A stretch of 64,000 nucleotides of DNA from Gnetum montanum (Eukaryota; Plantae; Gnetophyta), in the NCBI GenBank assembly GCA_015680685.1, contig MNCI01003445.1, positions 359,363 through 423,362 of the forward strand, given 5' to 3'. The notes under the pieces were generated by a model. It saw nothing but the letters and a program-made list of their open reading frames with translations, was not told the origin of the DNA and ran no database searches. The position numbers were made by a program, and so were the translations under genes. Positions 1 to 12,579 of this stretch are shown piece after piece. The first letter of the stretch is position 1. Each line of letters opens with the position of its first letter.

Positions 1-324
1 CATGTTTAAAGAAAGGACGCCTTTGATGTTGCTGAGGCTCTTCACTGCTGTTAGTAGCAGTAGCACAAGTGTTGTTCGTGGGTTGTGGTGGTACAAACAC
101 CTTAGGAACATTTGGTGGCATTGTGGAAGGAGGGAAAGGATAAGAATGTTGAGAGTTAGGAGGAATGTAAGGTGCACAAGGTGGTGGTTGCGTTGGAGGT
201 ATGGGTTGATAATGTTGTGGAGAATGGTGTTGGGGTGAGATAAAGTGTGGTGGCCCAGTTGAAGAAACAAAAGGTTGAACATGATAAACATTTGGATTCG
301 GAAAATGTAAAGGGTGCCTCCAGT

Positions 325-1568
325 CTAAGGGTGGATTCCCCCACGACTGGGATTGTTGCCACTGTGGTCTAACATAGTATCTCTGTACAAACTCTGGATG
401 TAACGTGTTTCCCCAATGCTCATGTAGATGTAACAAGATTGGGCATTGGCCTTTGGGGTGATCGTACAGGATATGTTGCATTCATATGTATGATTGGCAG
501 TTGAGTGCTTATTCCCTTCATTCTTTTTCTCCGAATGTCTACTATTTTGTCCTGCTTCTCGGGTTGTCAAAACTTTATCTCCAATGTTGTTGATAAATTC
601 TCCACACTTTGATTCATCCATTCCAACATCTTATTAATCTTTGCCTCAGCTTCTTCTAACAATTGTTGTATTGGCAAAGATGATGTTTCCACCTTGAGAT
701 TTGTTGATATCTCCTTGTTATGATCATGGACCTTTGTTGAGTTAAGATTTTGGTCCCGTTTACGTTTTTCAACACTCTCCCATGTAGCTATTTCTCCTTC
801 TTCTTTTGCTACCTACTTAATAAGCTCTTGGATTTGATGGGTTCGTAGGTTGTATAATTGACCTTGGGCGTACATTCCTAAGGTCTCTCTAGTTTCATTA
901 CGTAGCCCATCAATGATATGGTACATTAGCCTTTCCTCAGAAAACCCATGGCCTAGACAGTTGTTTAACAGTGCGTAATATCTTTCTAAGGCCATGTCCA
1001 AGGGTTCATGTTTTACTTGTTTCCACTCTTGGATTTGTTTCCTCAAGGCTGACACTCTTGCGTAGGTTTGATATTTTTCGTTAAAGACCTCTACCATTGT
1101 TGACCAGCGTCGTATTGAATTTGGTTTTAACGATCTATACCATACTTTAGCTTAGTCAACGAGTGTCATAGGAAAGAGCTTCAGTTTTTGCCAACTGTTA
1201 TCAATGTTATTCCATGTGCAGGCATCGTAGAAGGCTTGTAAATGTTGATGCAGATCTAAGTCATAGCCTCCTGAAAATTTTGGAAAGTTGTTTAAATCGA
1301 GCCTGGGTAGTCGACTCTCTTTACGATGCCTACGTGAGACTCGAACAACCTTTTGTATTTGCGTTAGGCTTGTAGTGGCCAGTGGGGGTTCATCGTCATC
1401 TTGTAAGTTAGGCTTTTGTGTGTTATGATGACGTTGTTTTTGTTCATTCTTATAGGAAACTCCCACTTCAGGTTGTATACTCCAATCTTCATCGTCATAT
1501 AGTTCGTTGGTTCTCCAATGAACTTCCTCACTAAGTGTGGCGTTATTATCATCTTGTAGGAGAGGCAT
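325..1568 (-). pseudogene. gag: Retrotransposon gag (Retrotrans_gag-like), with stop codons
   Basis: FPKFSGGYDLDLHQHLQAFYDAC...KLKLFPMTLVD*AKVWY..L.PNSI..W..MVEVFNEKY; homologous to 20.5-21.7 kb (-) and 40.0-40.9 kb (+). Confidence 0.85.
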
Positions 1569-1681
1569 TGTTGTGTGTGAATTTATGTGACTTTTTAATA
1601 ATTATTATTTTCTGAAAGATATATCATTAAGTCCTTTACATCAACCTTGTATAATTTAACTAATCTAGATAACTAGCACCG

Positions 1682-1699
1682 TCCCCGGCAACGGCGCCA
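1682..1699 (-). promoter_or_regulatory. Primer binding site, tRNA-Asp type
   Basis: The minus strand reads TGGCGCCGTTGCCGGGGA one base after the LTR end. This is the Athila-type PBS complementary to the 3' end of plant tRNA-Asp. Confidence 0.9.
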
Positions 1700-2739
1700 A
1701 TGATGAGAGGCGAGGTGCCCCTACACTCAACCATACGAAATGAGTGTCGCACGCGCGATCCAGTCGAACTCTGCAGATGGACTAGTTGTGGCACCTAGAT
1801 AGTTACCCTTAGGTCGTAGTTCGCTGTCTGCCCATCTAGACTAGTTTTGCATATGTCACGTATGGTTTAGTCTGGATGAGGTGTATGATGTGTTTCCTAA
1901 TCTAAGCTACTCCTGAAGGTAATGGAAAATAATATTTAACTAACTCTAAGCTAAGAGGAAAAGGGTAAGAAAATCTAATCTAGCNNNNNNNNNNNNNNNN
2001 NNNNNNNNNNNNNNNNNNNNNNNNNNNNNNNNNNNNNNNNNNNNNNNNNNNNNNNNNNNNNNNNNNNNNNNNNNNNNNNNNNNNNNNNNNNNNNNNNNNN
2101 NNNNNNNNNNNNNNNNNNNNNNNNNNNNNNNNNNNNNNNNNNNNNNNNNNNNNNNNNNNNNNNNNNNNNNNNNNNNNNNNNNNNNNNNNNNNNNNNNNNN
2201 NNNNNNNNNNNNNNNNNNNNNNNNNNNNNNNNNNNNNNNNNNNNNNNNNNNNNNNNNNNNNNNNNNNNNNNNNNGCGATATCGTAGGAAAAGATGCGATA
2301 TCGCGTACGCGATATCATGGGGGATGCGATATCGTGGCCTGTGCGAACCACGTCTCATCAATAGGCTAGCACGGAAGAGATGATATTGGCTACCCGACAT
2401 CATTTCTTGGGACCTGATATCATGAATCTAATATCAGAGCCTCGATATCAGGTATCTAGTATTGGAGTTGACACAATGATGACTCATCATACCCCCACAA
2501 CTAAATGAAAACTCATCCTCGAGTTAAACAAAATGAGGAACAAGTTCTTTACAAAAAATTGTTAGGAAGGTATGGAATTATTAACTGACTTAAACAAATA
2601 AACAAATGGACTTATACATGCTATAGTGGCACTTAACAAAAATTAGGATAGAATATTACAAGACACAAAATTAGGGAAGCTCATGTAGTTTGTGGAGGTG
2701 GTGGCTCCTCCATTAGTTGCTTCCCTTTGTCATTGGGTT

Positions 2740-3979
2740 TTTAAAATTGGTAATAATTGAGAAGCACCTGCAACTTTTCTTCTTCTATTCATGGATCCTA
2801 TATCGTCCAAGCTGCTAAACTGATGTGTGCTGGTGCCAATACATTCCAAGGGCATGGCAACTGCAAAAACATTTTGTTGACCTTCACGTACCAGGCCGCA
2901 AATTTTTATCTCTCTTTTTCGAATGCCCTAGCTTTTTCTTTGAATTCATGATAATCTGTGAGTCTCCTAGCTAGGTTTGAAGCAACATACTTTTGTCCAT
3001 AGTAGCAGGCTTTAACCATGTCAAGTTTTAAGTTTTCTATGTAAAGTTTCTACAAAGCCGCTTTTATGTTCTCAAACTCTTTCTCATATAGGACATAGGT
3101 GGTCACTACCTATTTTTCCAGCTTGCTTCTACGTCAACCTACTATTAACATGGCAAGGTTGGCATATCTGAGGTTAGCTAACACCATGTATTCTTTCAAG
3201 TCTTCAATATGTAGGTCTTTATTTTTCACCTCCGCATGGTGGACCAGTGCATAGCTATCTAGAATTGGCTGCCACTTAGGATTTTATGTTGACATAGACC
3301 CAATGTGGGCTTTGGCCATTTGGATTTATTTTTTGTTTATTTTCTTATACATGCCTACTTGGTCGCAAAAGTGCTCTTTTAGCCTTTCATGCTTCTTAGC
3401 CTCATTCTACCACATGCTTATTTCAATTACTAACTTCTATCGAATGGCACAAACCTTCTTCATTGAGAGGGTTCTATTTTCCTTGGCCAATCTATTAATA
3501 TCCTGGTTGAACCTCATCAGTTGTTTCCTTAACTAATGAATGCTTTCTTCCAAAACATTTTTTTGTTTTTTAATGGTGGTCAACCTGGAGTTCTCAACAA
3601 TGAGCTGTTTATTCTCTTCCTGAGTGACAATTGGTGCCTTCTTGTAGGCAAGGGATTGTGCATCAATAGCAGAAGCATTCTAGATTACCTTGTCCTTTTC
3701 TTGCTTAACAACTTTATTCTCCTTAATCAATTTAATTAGCTACTCCATTCTGAATTACTCTAGATGGTCAAGCACAATAAATCGAATAGGATCCCATTGT
3801 CCAACTCTCATGGCAGCTAACTCTTATTGTAAACATTGCACCTCTGGCTCTGCATGTTCCACCATAACTTCAGCCATGACCACCTTTCCCTTGGTGATGA
3901 TGAGGTCTGATTGGGTTGGAGTGACATCATTGGTGATGTCAAACAAGGTGGTCATCACCCTGTCTGCAATAATCAATCT
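2740..3979 (-). pseudogene. C-terminal coiled-coil part of the Athila-like 3' extra (env-position) ORF
   Basis: The minus strand encodes LANLRYANL and a heptad-rich region homologous to 47700-49000 (+); many stops. Confidence 0.7.
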
Positions 3980-5725
3980 TGAAATACCATCAAATCTAAA
4001 CTACAACATCTCATCTTCAAGTTTGTTTAAGTGTCAGCATGAGGCCATTTACTAAGACTATGCTAAGACTATGCTCTCCACTACCCCAGAGTGTAGTAAA
4101 GCATATTTAGCATGAAGACTTAGTTTTTGTATATTTTTCTAAGTGTTGAGACTACACTCTCCATTGCCCTAAAGCATAGTGAGCCTCATGCAGAGCGTAG
4201 TCAACATGAAGGCCAGTTTTGCAATTTTTGCTAAGTGTTAAGCTAGTCGTTGCAAAAATTTTCTAAGTGCTGAGACTACACTCTCCACTACCCTAAAGTG
4301 TAGTCAAGTGTAGTCAGCATGAAGGCCTAGTTTTTGTAGATTTTTTCTAAGTATTAAGACTACACTCTCCATCAGCCTAGAGTGTAGTCAAGTGTAGTCA
4401 ATTGGAAGCCAATCTTCACAAGTTTTGACAAGTGCTAGGACTATGCTCACCCCTAGTTAGGAGTGTAGTCAACCTCCAGTGGTGAGCATAGTTAGCACAT
4501 AGCCATTTTTTCCAAAAAAATTTCTAAGTGTGAGACTACGCTCTCCCCAAATCTAGAATGTAGTCAAGTGTAGTCAACTAGAACAACCTCCAAAGGCCTT
4601 CACAATGCAACCTCAGCATTTAGCTTAGCCCCAACTCATTCTCCAACAAGCATAGTTAGCAAAATGCATTTTTTTATATCCCTTTTATCCCCAAAATTCT
4701 AACTATGCCTGACCCCACACAAGACAGTGGAGAGCATAGTCTTCAAAGTTGCATTTTTTCAGGTACATTGCAATCCTCTCAATGCATATACATGTAGTCG
4801 GTAGCATAGTCACAGTCCCACAATCTCGTAGAGTTTGGTAGAGTATAGCAGAGCACAACATCGCTAGACTTAGTGGAAAGCATAGTTGGATGACAACGTA
4901 GTCCCAACCATCCCATTGTGACATGGTAGTCACTCCACACTTCACACTAAACCTAGCCCTATAAATACCCCCACCCTCAACATTTTTAGGATTGGCAAAG
5001 TTGAAGTAGGTTGGCAAATTTGAGCATTAGGCAAGATTCAAGGTTGACAAATTTGAAGTGTTGGCACATTTCAAACTTCATAGACTTGCAAACCTAAGGA
5101 GCGCTTGGGAGGAAACCAAAGGCATCTTGGCAAAGTTGCAGACTACCACAACCCACCACAGGACATTGCAGTCCACTGAACACCATGGTGGCTAACCTAG
5201 TAGACACAAACACCACAGCAAAACGTTAGTCTTCATAGCCAGACACCCTTGAGACTATGACTATACAATCCACTACACCTATTGTACATCATGTGCCTTC
5301 TAACCCCTCTTGATGTTAACTATGCTCAACCCCATTTGGGGTAGTGTTCTACTCCTCTCTCTTTCTCTTCACATTTTGAGCATTTTACTTGCATTTTTTC
5401 ATTTGTTCTATCACATAACTACACCCAAAAACATGCTTGGATGATGGTCTTCACATGTTGACATCCTCATTTTCATGAAAAAGCTAGACTACACTTCACA
5501 TTGCTAACATTGTTAACACTGCTCAAACACTTAGCACCATTTTGCATTAGCATCACGACTAACCATGCTACACCCCGATTACATCCAATAAGTCCATGTT
5601 TGATTGATAATACTAGTCAGGGCACCCCATCTCCATCTCCAATAGGCCCTTGCACAAATGTGGGATTAGGCTTTGCACTTGTGAACCTCTTGGTGTTCCA
5701 ACCATTGATGTTTTTTTTTGTTACA
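3980..5725 (+). repeat. 5' LTR of the Tat/Ogre-like element, with internal palindromic repeat units
   Basis: Aligns by eye along its length to 14174-15926; CTATAAATA TATA box at about 4959. Confidence 0.85.
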
Positions 5726-6099
5726 CTAGCCCCTCACCTACCCGAAGCCTCGTAGTGAGCAACGCATCAACCGCTTCTCATCCAAGGGCCAACCCCACCA
5801 GCAACATGGGTAGACCCACTAGATGCCAATGCAATAGGTCCAATGAATGCCTTGAAGATGAAATGCCTAAGCAATAAGAAGACTAAAGAGCACTTGATCC
5901 ACTGAAGTTAATCCCTATCTCTACAGTCCTTATGGCCAAAGCAACTGAAAAGGCCACAACTAAGCACTGAGGCCCCCAAATAGGCTAGGCAAGAAAAGCC
6001 TAAGTCACCTCCACAAGAGATTCATCTCTTAGGCTATATGGAAGAAGTCAAAGCCAACAAAACAATAGACAATGGCAAGGACTTTGTAGATGCGTTAAC

Positions 6100-6730
6100 T
6101 CAAGTCAAACAGGTGCTCAAGTAAAAAAATACCACATTGAGCTTCTATGACCTAATTATGATCTCATCTACATACCATGAAGCACTGGTGTAGATGTTGA
6201 CCTCCATCCCTATTACAGAGGACATCCTTGCAAATGAGAACTCCATCCATGTAGTGATGTTGCCCCTTGCACCACAGGAATTGAGTCCAACATCCCTAAT
6301 GTTTTGTGATGAAGTAATTAAGATAAATCCTAAGGAGAGTGAGGTCATGATAGCCTTAATGTTCATCACCATACATGTTAGGTAATGCAAGATCCATAGG
6401 GTGCATGTTGATGATGGAGCAGTAACAAATATAATACCTTACACCGTCGTAGACAAGTTAGGCCTCATAGACAAAATTAAGCTAATAAAAGCCATGTGCC
6501 TGAAATCCTTTAACGAATCACATGTCGTTGTTAGGGGCATCATCACAATAGCCTTCATGGTAGGGGAGCAATTCCTTACCACCAATGAATTCATCATCAT
6601 AAAGGAGATGCCAGGATTTAGCCTAATATTAGGTAGGCCTTGGCTAGCCTAGTTATGGGCTATTTCCTTCCTGATTCATCAAAAAATCCACCTTCCATAC
6701 GAAGGTGATGAAGCTATCATCCACGATGAT
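6100..6730 (+). pseudogene. Retroviral-type aspartic protease remnant (Tat/Ogre-like)
   Basis: ...IHRVHVDDGAVTNIIP...FSLILGRPWL; the upstream 'SFYDLI..S..HEAL' and 'LMFCDE' segments resemble the Tat/Ogre pre-protease region. Confidence 0.8.
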
Positions 6731-7279
6731 AACGTCGCCCCTCCGACTATCAACAACATAGACATGAAGCAAGGGTCAAAGGTCAAATTCCCTAATGACA
6801 CACCTTCATAGACAATGAAACACATAAGGTTGACACACCCGAAGAGACAATAGAAGCCACTAACCTCCTGAAGGATGCCCTATGGGAAAAATTTCCCTTC
6901 AATGTAGCAAGCGAGGGTCAACGAGACTACCAAATAGTGCAATCTAGGACCTATGCACCCCTTAATCCACAATGTCTTAGGTAGCAATTGCACCACTAAG
7001 GTACCCCCCTAGTCTGAAAATATGCAAGGAACATGCCCGCTATTCACCTCTTTGCACCTTGCATCTTGCTTCCCACTTACGTTGCACTAGTACTATAACA
7101 TATTGTTTGCATTTAGTTTAATTGCTTAGCTTACCATCTATGTCACCTAGGCATTTGATAACTTAGTTTACATTTCTGCCATTGTTGTTTTAATGCATTT
7201 GCCTTCATGCATAAAAAACATCAAAATGCATAAAAATCATAAAAGCTAAAATTACAAAAATAAGAGGTAGTGATAGATG

Positions 7280-7722
7280 GTCGCCATGGCCTTAAACTAG
7301 CAACACGCGGCCCACCATGGCCTTAAACTGGTGACATATAAGCTGCCAAGTCCTTAAACCTGCAACGTGTGGCCCACCATGACCTTAAACTAGCAACATG
7401 TGGCCCAAATTAGCCTAAAACTACCATTCTCAAATCCCCTTACAATGACCTAAAATGGCCTTAAACTACCCCCCCTAAATCCTAGCAACAAGGGCCAGAA
7501 TGACCTTAAACTATCACTACAACTTAGAATGACCTAAAACTGTCACTTTTAATCCTCTTGTTATGGCTTAAAATGGCCCTAAATTAGCAATCCTATCACT
7601 GTAGCCTGAAATGACCTTAAACTATAAATACATAGCCCGCTATGGCCTTAAACTGGTAACATGTGGCCTGAGATGGCCTTAAACATGCAACACACATGAT
7701 CCATAATGACCTAAAACTATCA
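7280..7722 (+). repeat. Degenerate tandem array of about 30-45 bp units, core ATGRCCTWAAACT
   Basis: More than 10 recurrences of GGCCTTAAACT/GACCTAAAACT. Confidence 0.8.
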
Positions 7723-7899
7723 TCAAGGAGTGCATCTACCTTGGCCACCTTACTTGAATCCCACTATAGCTTAGGAACTGTAGTCATGCAACAATCGATC
7801 AATCTTAGCTAAGAACTAAGCATTCAAGCAATGAGGTAACATAAAGTAAAGCAACATTGCACACATATTGAGCTCAGGATCCACTTATTGCAAGCAGTC

Positions 7900-10420
7900 C
7901 ACCATGACCTCAACAACGCCTTTCATAAACATGAATTTATCTGGCATGTCTACCTATGGGTCCATGTGATAGGTAGATGTGGGACCACTGGTGGGAATAT
8001 CTGAGGTTGTAACACAATAATGCAATTAGCACATGGCTGAACAACTAAAGATACTAGATCAAACAAGCAATAATAGATGGCAGCACAAGTTAGTTACCTA
8101 GCAGGCCCTCAGGCATAAGTGCAAGGGGCTCACCTAGCTACACACCATTGAACAAGCTATCAAAATTACCCCCATCGAGGTGGAGCAATCCTTCTTCCTC
8201 CAACTACTGGAGGATCTCTATTACCTCAGGTAGCTCATCTATATGACCCTCCCTAGCTTGAGGGGGCTCTTCCTCTGCTACCACCTCAACTGTTGCTCTA
8301 GGATCCCTCTCTCCTATCTTTGTTATTAATGCATATTCATACATAGCACATTAGTACACATATGCACATCATTAGCTAGTTAACAGTATAACATAAAATA
8401 AAGGTATAAAAACATAAATATACACAAAAATACAATTGATGCATTTAAGAAATTTACAAATACCAACCTACAACCTCTGTGCACAAGCTTTGAAGCTTAA
8501 TATGGATCCTCTTGCTACTTAGCTTCCCAACCTCAAGGACAACCTCCTCTATAAGATGTGGCCTCTTGATCTTAGCCTTAGATAGTCCCACCATATCTAC
8601 TATATAGCAATTTACCTTACTCACATCCCCAATGCCAACTAGAGGACTCTTGCTCGTGTTATCATGTGAGTAATGTGACTGTCCTATGGGATCCTTAGTC
8701 TTTATAGATAATGATTTATCAATCCCCTCTGGGGGGTCCTACACGCATGTAGTCATGAACATGTACTTGATCCATGGCTTGGACAACTGCTTACGATCCT
8801 ACATAACCCATCACACATCGTCATGCACAACCAAGAGCTTCACGAACCTTCGCAAGTATCCTATGAAGAAGGTGAAATGGACATGAGACCTCGCCTTGAG
8901 GTTGAACTGTAGCCTAGAGATCTCTGCATGTAGGCCAATGGCTATATATGTAGCCCAATTAAACCTCATACCCTCTAGCAGCACCTCCTTCATTACTCAT
9001 GCCTACTCCACCCCAAGGATCTTTCCTTGGAAGAGAAAATTTGAACAAGCATGAGCAAGGAAAAGAGGGTAAAGCTCCCATACCTCAAGCACTAGCACAT
9101 CCTTATTGATATGCCCTTGTAAGATCAAGTGGCTCCTAACTAGTCCTCAATCTCCCCTCTGTAGTCTACCTCCCTACTAGCCTTATCAATAATCATCAGG
9201 CCATCAATAGGAAGGCCAAAGAGGTTGGCAAAGAAAGACTCATTGAGGTCTAGCACTACTGTCACACCGTGCACTTGGATGATACACTACTTGACGTTGC
9301 TGCTGAAGGAGTCAATGATGGTGACCATTTTGGCCACCAAAATACTTGGCCTATAGACCAAAAATAGGTCCATCAATCTTGCATGCATGAACCTAGCCAT
9401 TAGTGCATTCAAGGCTTTGTGGCACAACTAGTATTGCACACCCTCCGCCTCATCATACTTCATGATGAGGGTGGCCTCTATGCAACCTGTAGTGACCACT
9501 GTCACCTCAGTAGAGGCAACGACCACTGCAACAAAGGCAAAACAACACTAGCATCATGTAAAGGCAAGCTAAGATACATACATGAGCAAGTACATGAGCT
9601 AAAGCTTAGATACATATGCGGCAAAAATGGAGTGTAAGACAATGGTGACACTGCAAGCATCTCCTCGATGTTAATCTCACCAGTAGTCCACTCCTCATCC
9701 AACCAGCCATTAGCCCTACATCACTCATATGCCTTTGAGTATCAGGTAGGGTAGACCTCTAGATCAAGCTCCACCTACTCAAGCACAGTTGACCAAACAT
9801 TTGTACTAGATGATAACACCTCCAAGGTAGTATGGGTTAAGGCTAGAGCACCCACCTTGTCATGCAAGCCCTCCTCATCAACTTTGAACCTAGTGTTAGT
9901 CATGAGCTATTAGTAATTTAACATAAGCTAGTAGTGAAAAAACATTGTGAGAACTGTGAAAGCACTTACCCTCCGATGTAGTAGATAGTTCTAAGTGGGT
10001 TTTGGAACAAGGTGTGCATCCACAACACAATGAAGAGGATGTTGCTTTTATTGTAGCAACTAACCTCATCATGCGGCATATCCTGGATAGGTGTCAAGCA
10101 CTCTAAGACCTTTACCAAAATCACCTACTCCATCATCGTTGATAGTAGGCTCATCTGAGATGAATCTCAAGATGCCCTGGTTAGCCTTGGGCAGCAACAT
10201 CTCAATGATAGTGCTAGCAGCCTCCACTACCAAGTGTGACCACATGATCACACCAAACTACTATAACAAGAATTCTAGGAACTCATAAGCTCCTAGCTAG
10301 AACCACATCACCTGATGAGCCACCTACATATCCAACGTAGGTGTGTTGGGGATGGGTTCTCTCATGCAACATAGGATGCTCATGAGCTCCTCTATGATCA
10401 AGACAGGCTTCACCAGCACC
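7900..10420 (-). pseudogene. Antisense, intron-containing cargo gene: FCP1/NIF-like HAD phosphatase domain fused to a PMD/plant-transposon-protein-like domain
   Basis: Manual translation gives KPVLIIEELMSIL...WF*LGAYEFLEFLL**FGVIMWS...YNKSNILFI...FQNPLRT, then LNESFFANLFGLPIDG...FNWATYI. GT-AG introns at 9890-9969 and 9526-9680 keep the frame. Confidence 0.65.
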
Positions 10421-12579
10421 CTGCAACTGCCAAGTAATAAGCAAAGTGGTAGTATATAGATGTAGATGCAAATTTTGACATGAAAGTATTAAAATAAGTT
10501 AGCAAAAATTAGCAAAATTAACACAACATACTCTAGGGCCCTACAGGTATAGGATGTCAACCAACTCATTTGACACCCTTGGTACCCACTAGGGTACAGC
10601 ACGTTTTCAGGGGCTTAGCATTCCATTTCATGGGTTTATTATTATGCATACTTTACAAAATCTTGGTAAAATTTTCTAACTTCGAACTACCTCAATGGAG
10701 AGCATAGTCTGAAAATCACAAAAATTTTCTAACTCTAGACTGCCTTAGTAGAGAACATAGTCCCAAACTATGAATTTTTCTAACTTCCAATTCTAAAAAA
10801 TGAACTTTTGGGGCAAACACATTTCAACAAACACTTGGTCACGTCAATAGGGAGTGTAGTCTCCATGCACCTTGTGCCACCGCCCCACCACCATCTATGC
10901 GTTGTGCCATACCATGGTGTTGCACATCGTGCCTACACCCTACCATGTCCTACTGTACTTCGCACTGATGCCCTGCAATGTCCTACGTCCACTATGCTGC
11001 TATGCTATTGCCCCTGTCCTACTTGCCAAGCCCTGCCTTCTTCCTCTTCACTTATGCTACCCTAAACCTCCACAAAAATTTTCAAGAAAAAAATAAAAAA
11101 TAGCCATGACGTGCAATGGCAGGTGCAACCCTTGTGGCAATGGCAACCATGGCCTCCCCACACTTGCATCGCATCATGTCTACACAAACCCCAACTTTTT
11201 TATGTGGCCCCAAAGGGGCCAAACAGAAACCTTGCCACACATCAAAACAAAAGAAAAAAATTTGAAAAAAAATGTAGGGATAAAACCCCTATCGCACCCC
11301 CTACCTTCGTGGTAGGTTGCTTCTTGGCCTACCCTCACACCCTTTCCACTGCAAGAACACCTATAACCTTGCTATGACAAGCAAAGGCCTGAACCTTGGC
11401 TCCTATGTGCCCCAAACCTATAGATCTATCCTATCCCATGCACCCTAAAAGCCCCTATTGCCATCAAACCCCACAACCTTGCAAAATTTCTACAACTCAA
11501 AACCCCCATGCACATCTACCCTACACCATGCAGTGGCAACCATTCCCTCGCAACCTCGCAACGCAACATAACTTGCAGCCCCTCCCAAAATTATCCACGC
11601 AGCACCATCCCATGCATAACAAAAAGAAAAAAAAATAGCCCAAAAATCCTCCCCACCATCATGCCCTCCCTGCCACTGTCATGGCCAAAATGGCACGCGA
11701 TGGTAGCAACCACCGTCATGATAGGGCGCATCGCAAGTCTACGCTCCAAACCCTCACCAAAGACCAAAAAATGAAAAAAAAGAAAAAGAAGAAAAAGGAG
11801 AGAGTGTAGTCAAAGTACTTGGTTAATATCAATGGCCTCCTCTCCTCCATGAGTGCTTGTGGTAGGTGGCCTAGTGCTCTCTCCCCATTGATGATGTTCG
11901 CTAGTCTTGGGTACAGGTGTCCACTTTGTTGCATCATTCTTCTCCAAATACATTCTCCACTAGCAGTGCACAATAGCAATGGCAAGACAACGCTCTAGAT
12001 GTCACAGTTGAAAGCAAGAAAATGACAACTTACCTGCAGTGAAAACATGCCTATATATCCTCTCAAGGTCATTTAATGATCCAGCATAGTCATCCATACT
12101 TAGTTGACAATTTTGATTTTTCACTACCCTGTGAACACCTGATCCAATTCCATTGCCTAAGCATGGCCAAGCCTCCTCAAAATGACATGACTAACACATC
12201 CACAGTTCACTAAGATCTAAAACTAGCATGCACACAACCTACCGAGGCCTAAAACTAACATAAACATGCTTACCTCTTACAGCAACTTGCATGCATACTT
12301 AGTCAAACTTCACTACATTGTTTTTTCCATTTGTGCATGTTGACTTTGTGAAACAAGTGGCACTTGACATTTTTTCTAGTTGGTTTTGCATGAGCACGAC
12401 ATAGCTATGCATGAGCATATTTTCTCATCTTTGATCACTAAGGCCTATGATAATAGAGCATTTAAGCTTGCTCATCAAGACATAAATGAGTTTGCCAATC
12501 TAGTGAACCATTCATACCTAAAGCTATACTATGCCTAGTGTGCAGCACTGCACATCAATCCAACAATGTAAGCATTCAT

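Larger units (their letters stand above)
1..2360 (-). mobile_element. Athila-like Ty3/Gypsy LTR retrotransposon, 5' part (5' LTR 1701-2360, PBS, gag); continues beyond the left edge of the window
   Basis: The LTR is bounded by TGATGAG...CTCATCA (1701/2360) and contains an N gap. It is followed on the minus strand by a perfect PBS and a gag frame. It is more CpG-rich than the related copy at 19.5-22.7 kb. Confidence 0.85.

Noticed and set aside
1975-2403. ORFs of 123-142 aa
   Set aside because: They span the assembly N gap.
1701-2489. Single LTR shared by two tandem elements (PBS on one side, PPT on the other)
   Set aside because: A second LTR terminus at 2360 followed by mid-LTR sequence of the older element shows a nested insertion instead.
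5726-5745. PBS of the Tat/Ogre-like element
   Set aside because: The sequence after the LTR (CTAGCCCCTCACC) is too degenerate to assign a tRNA.
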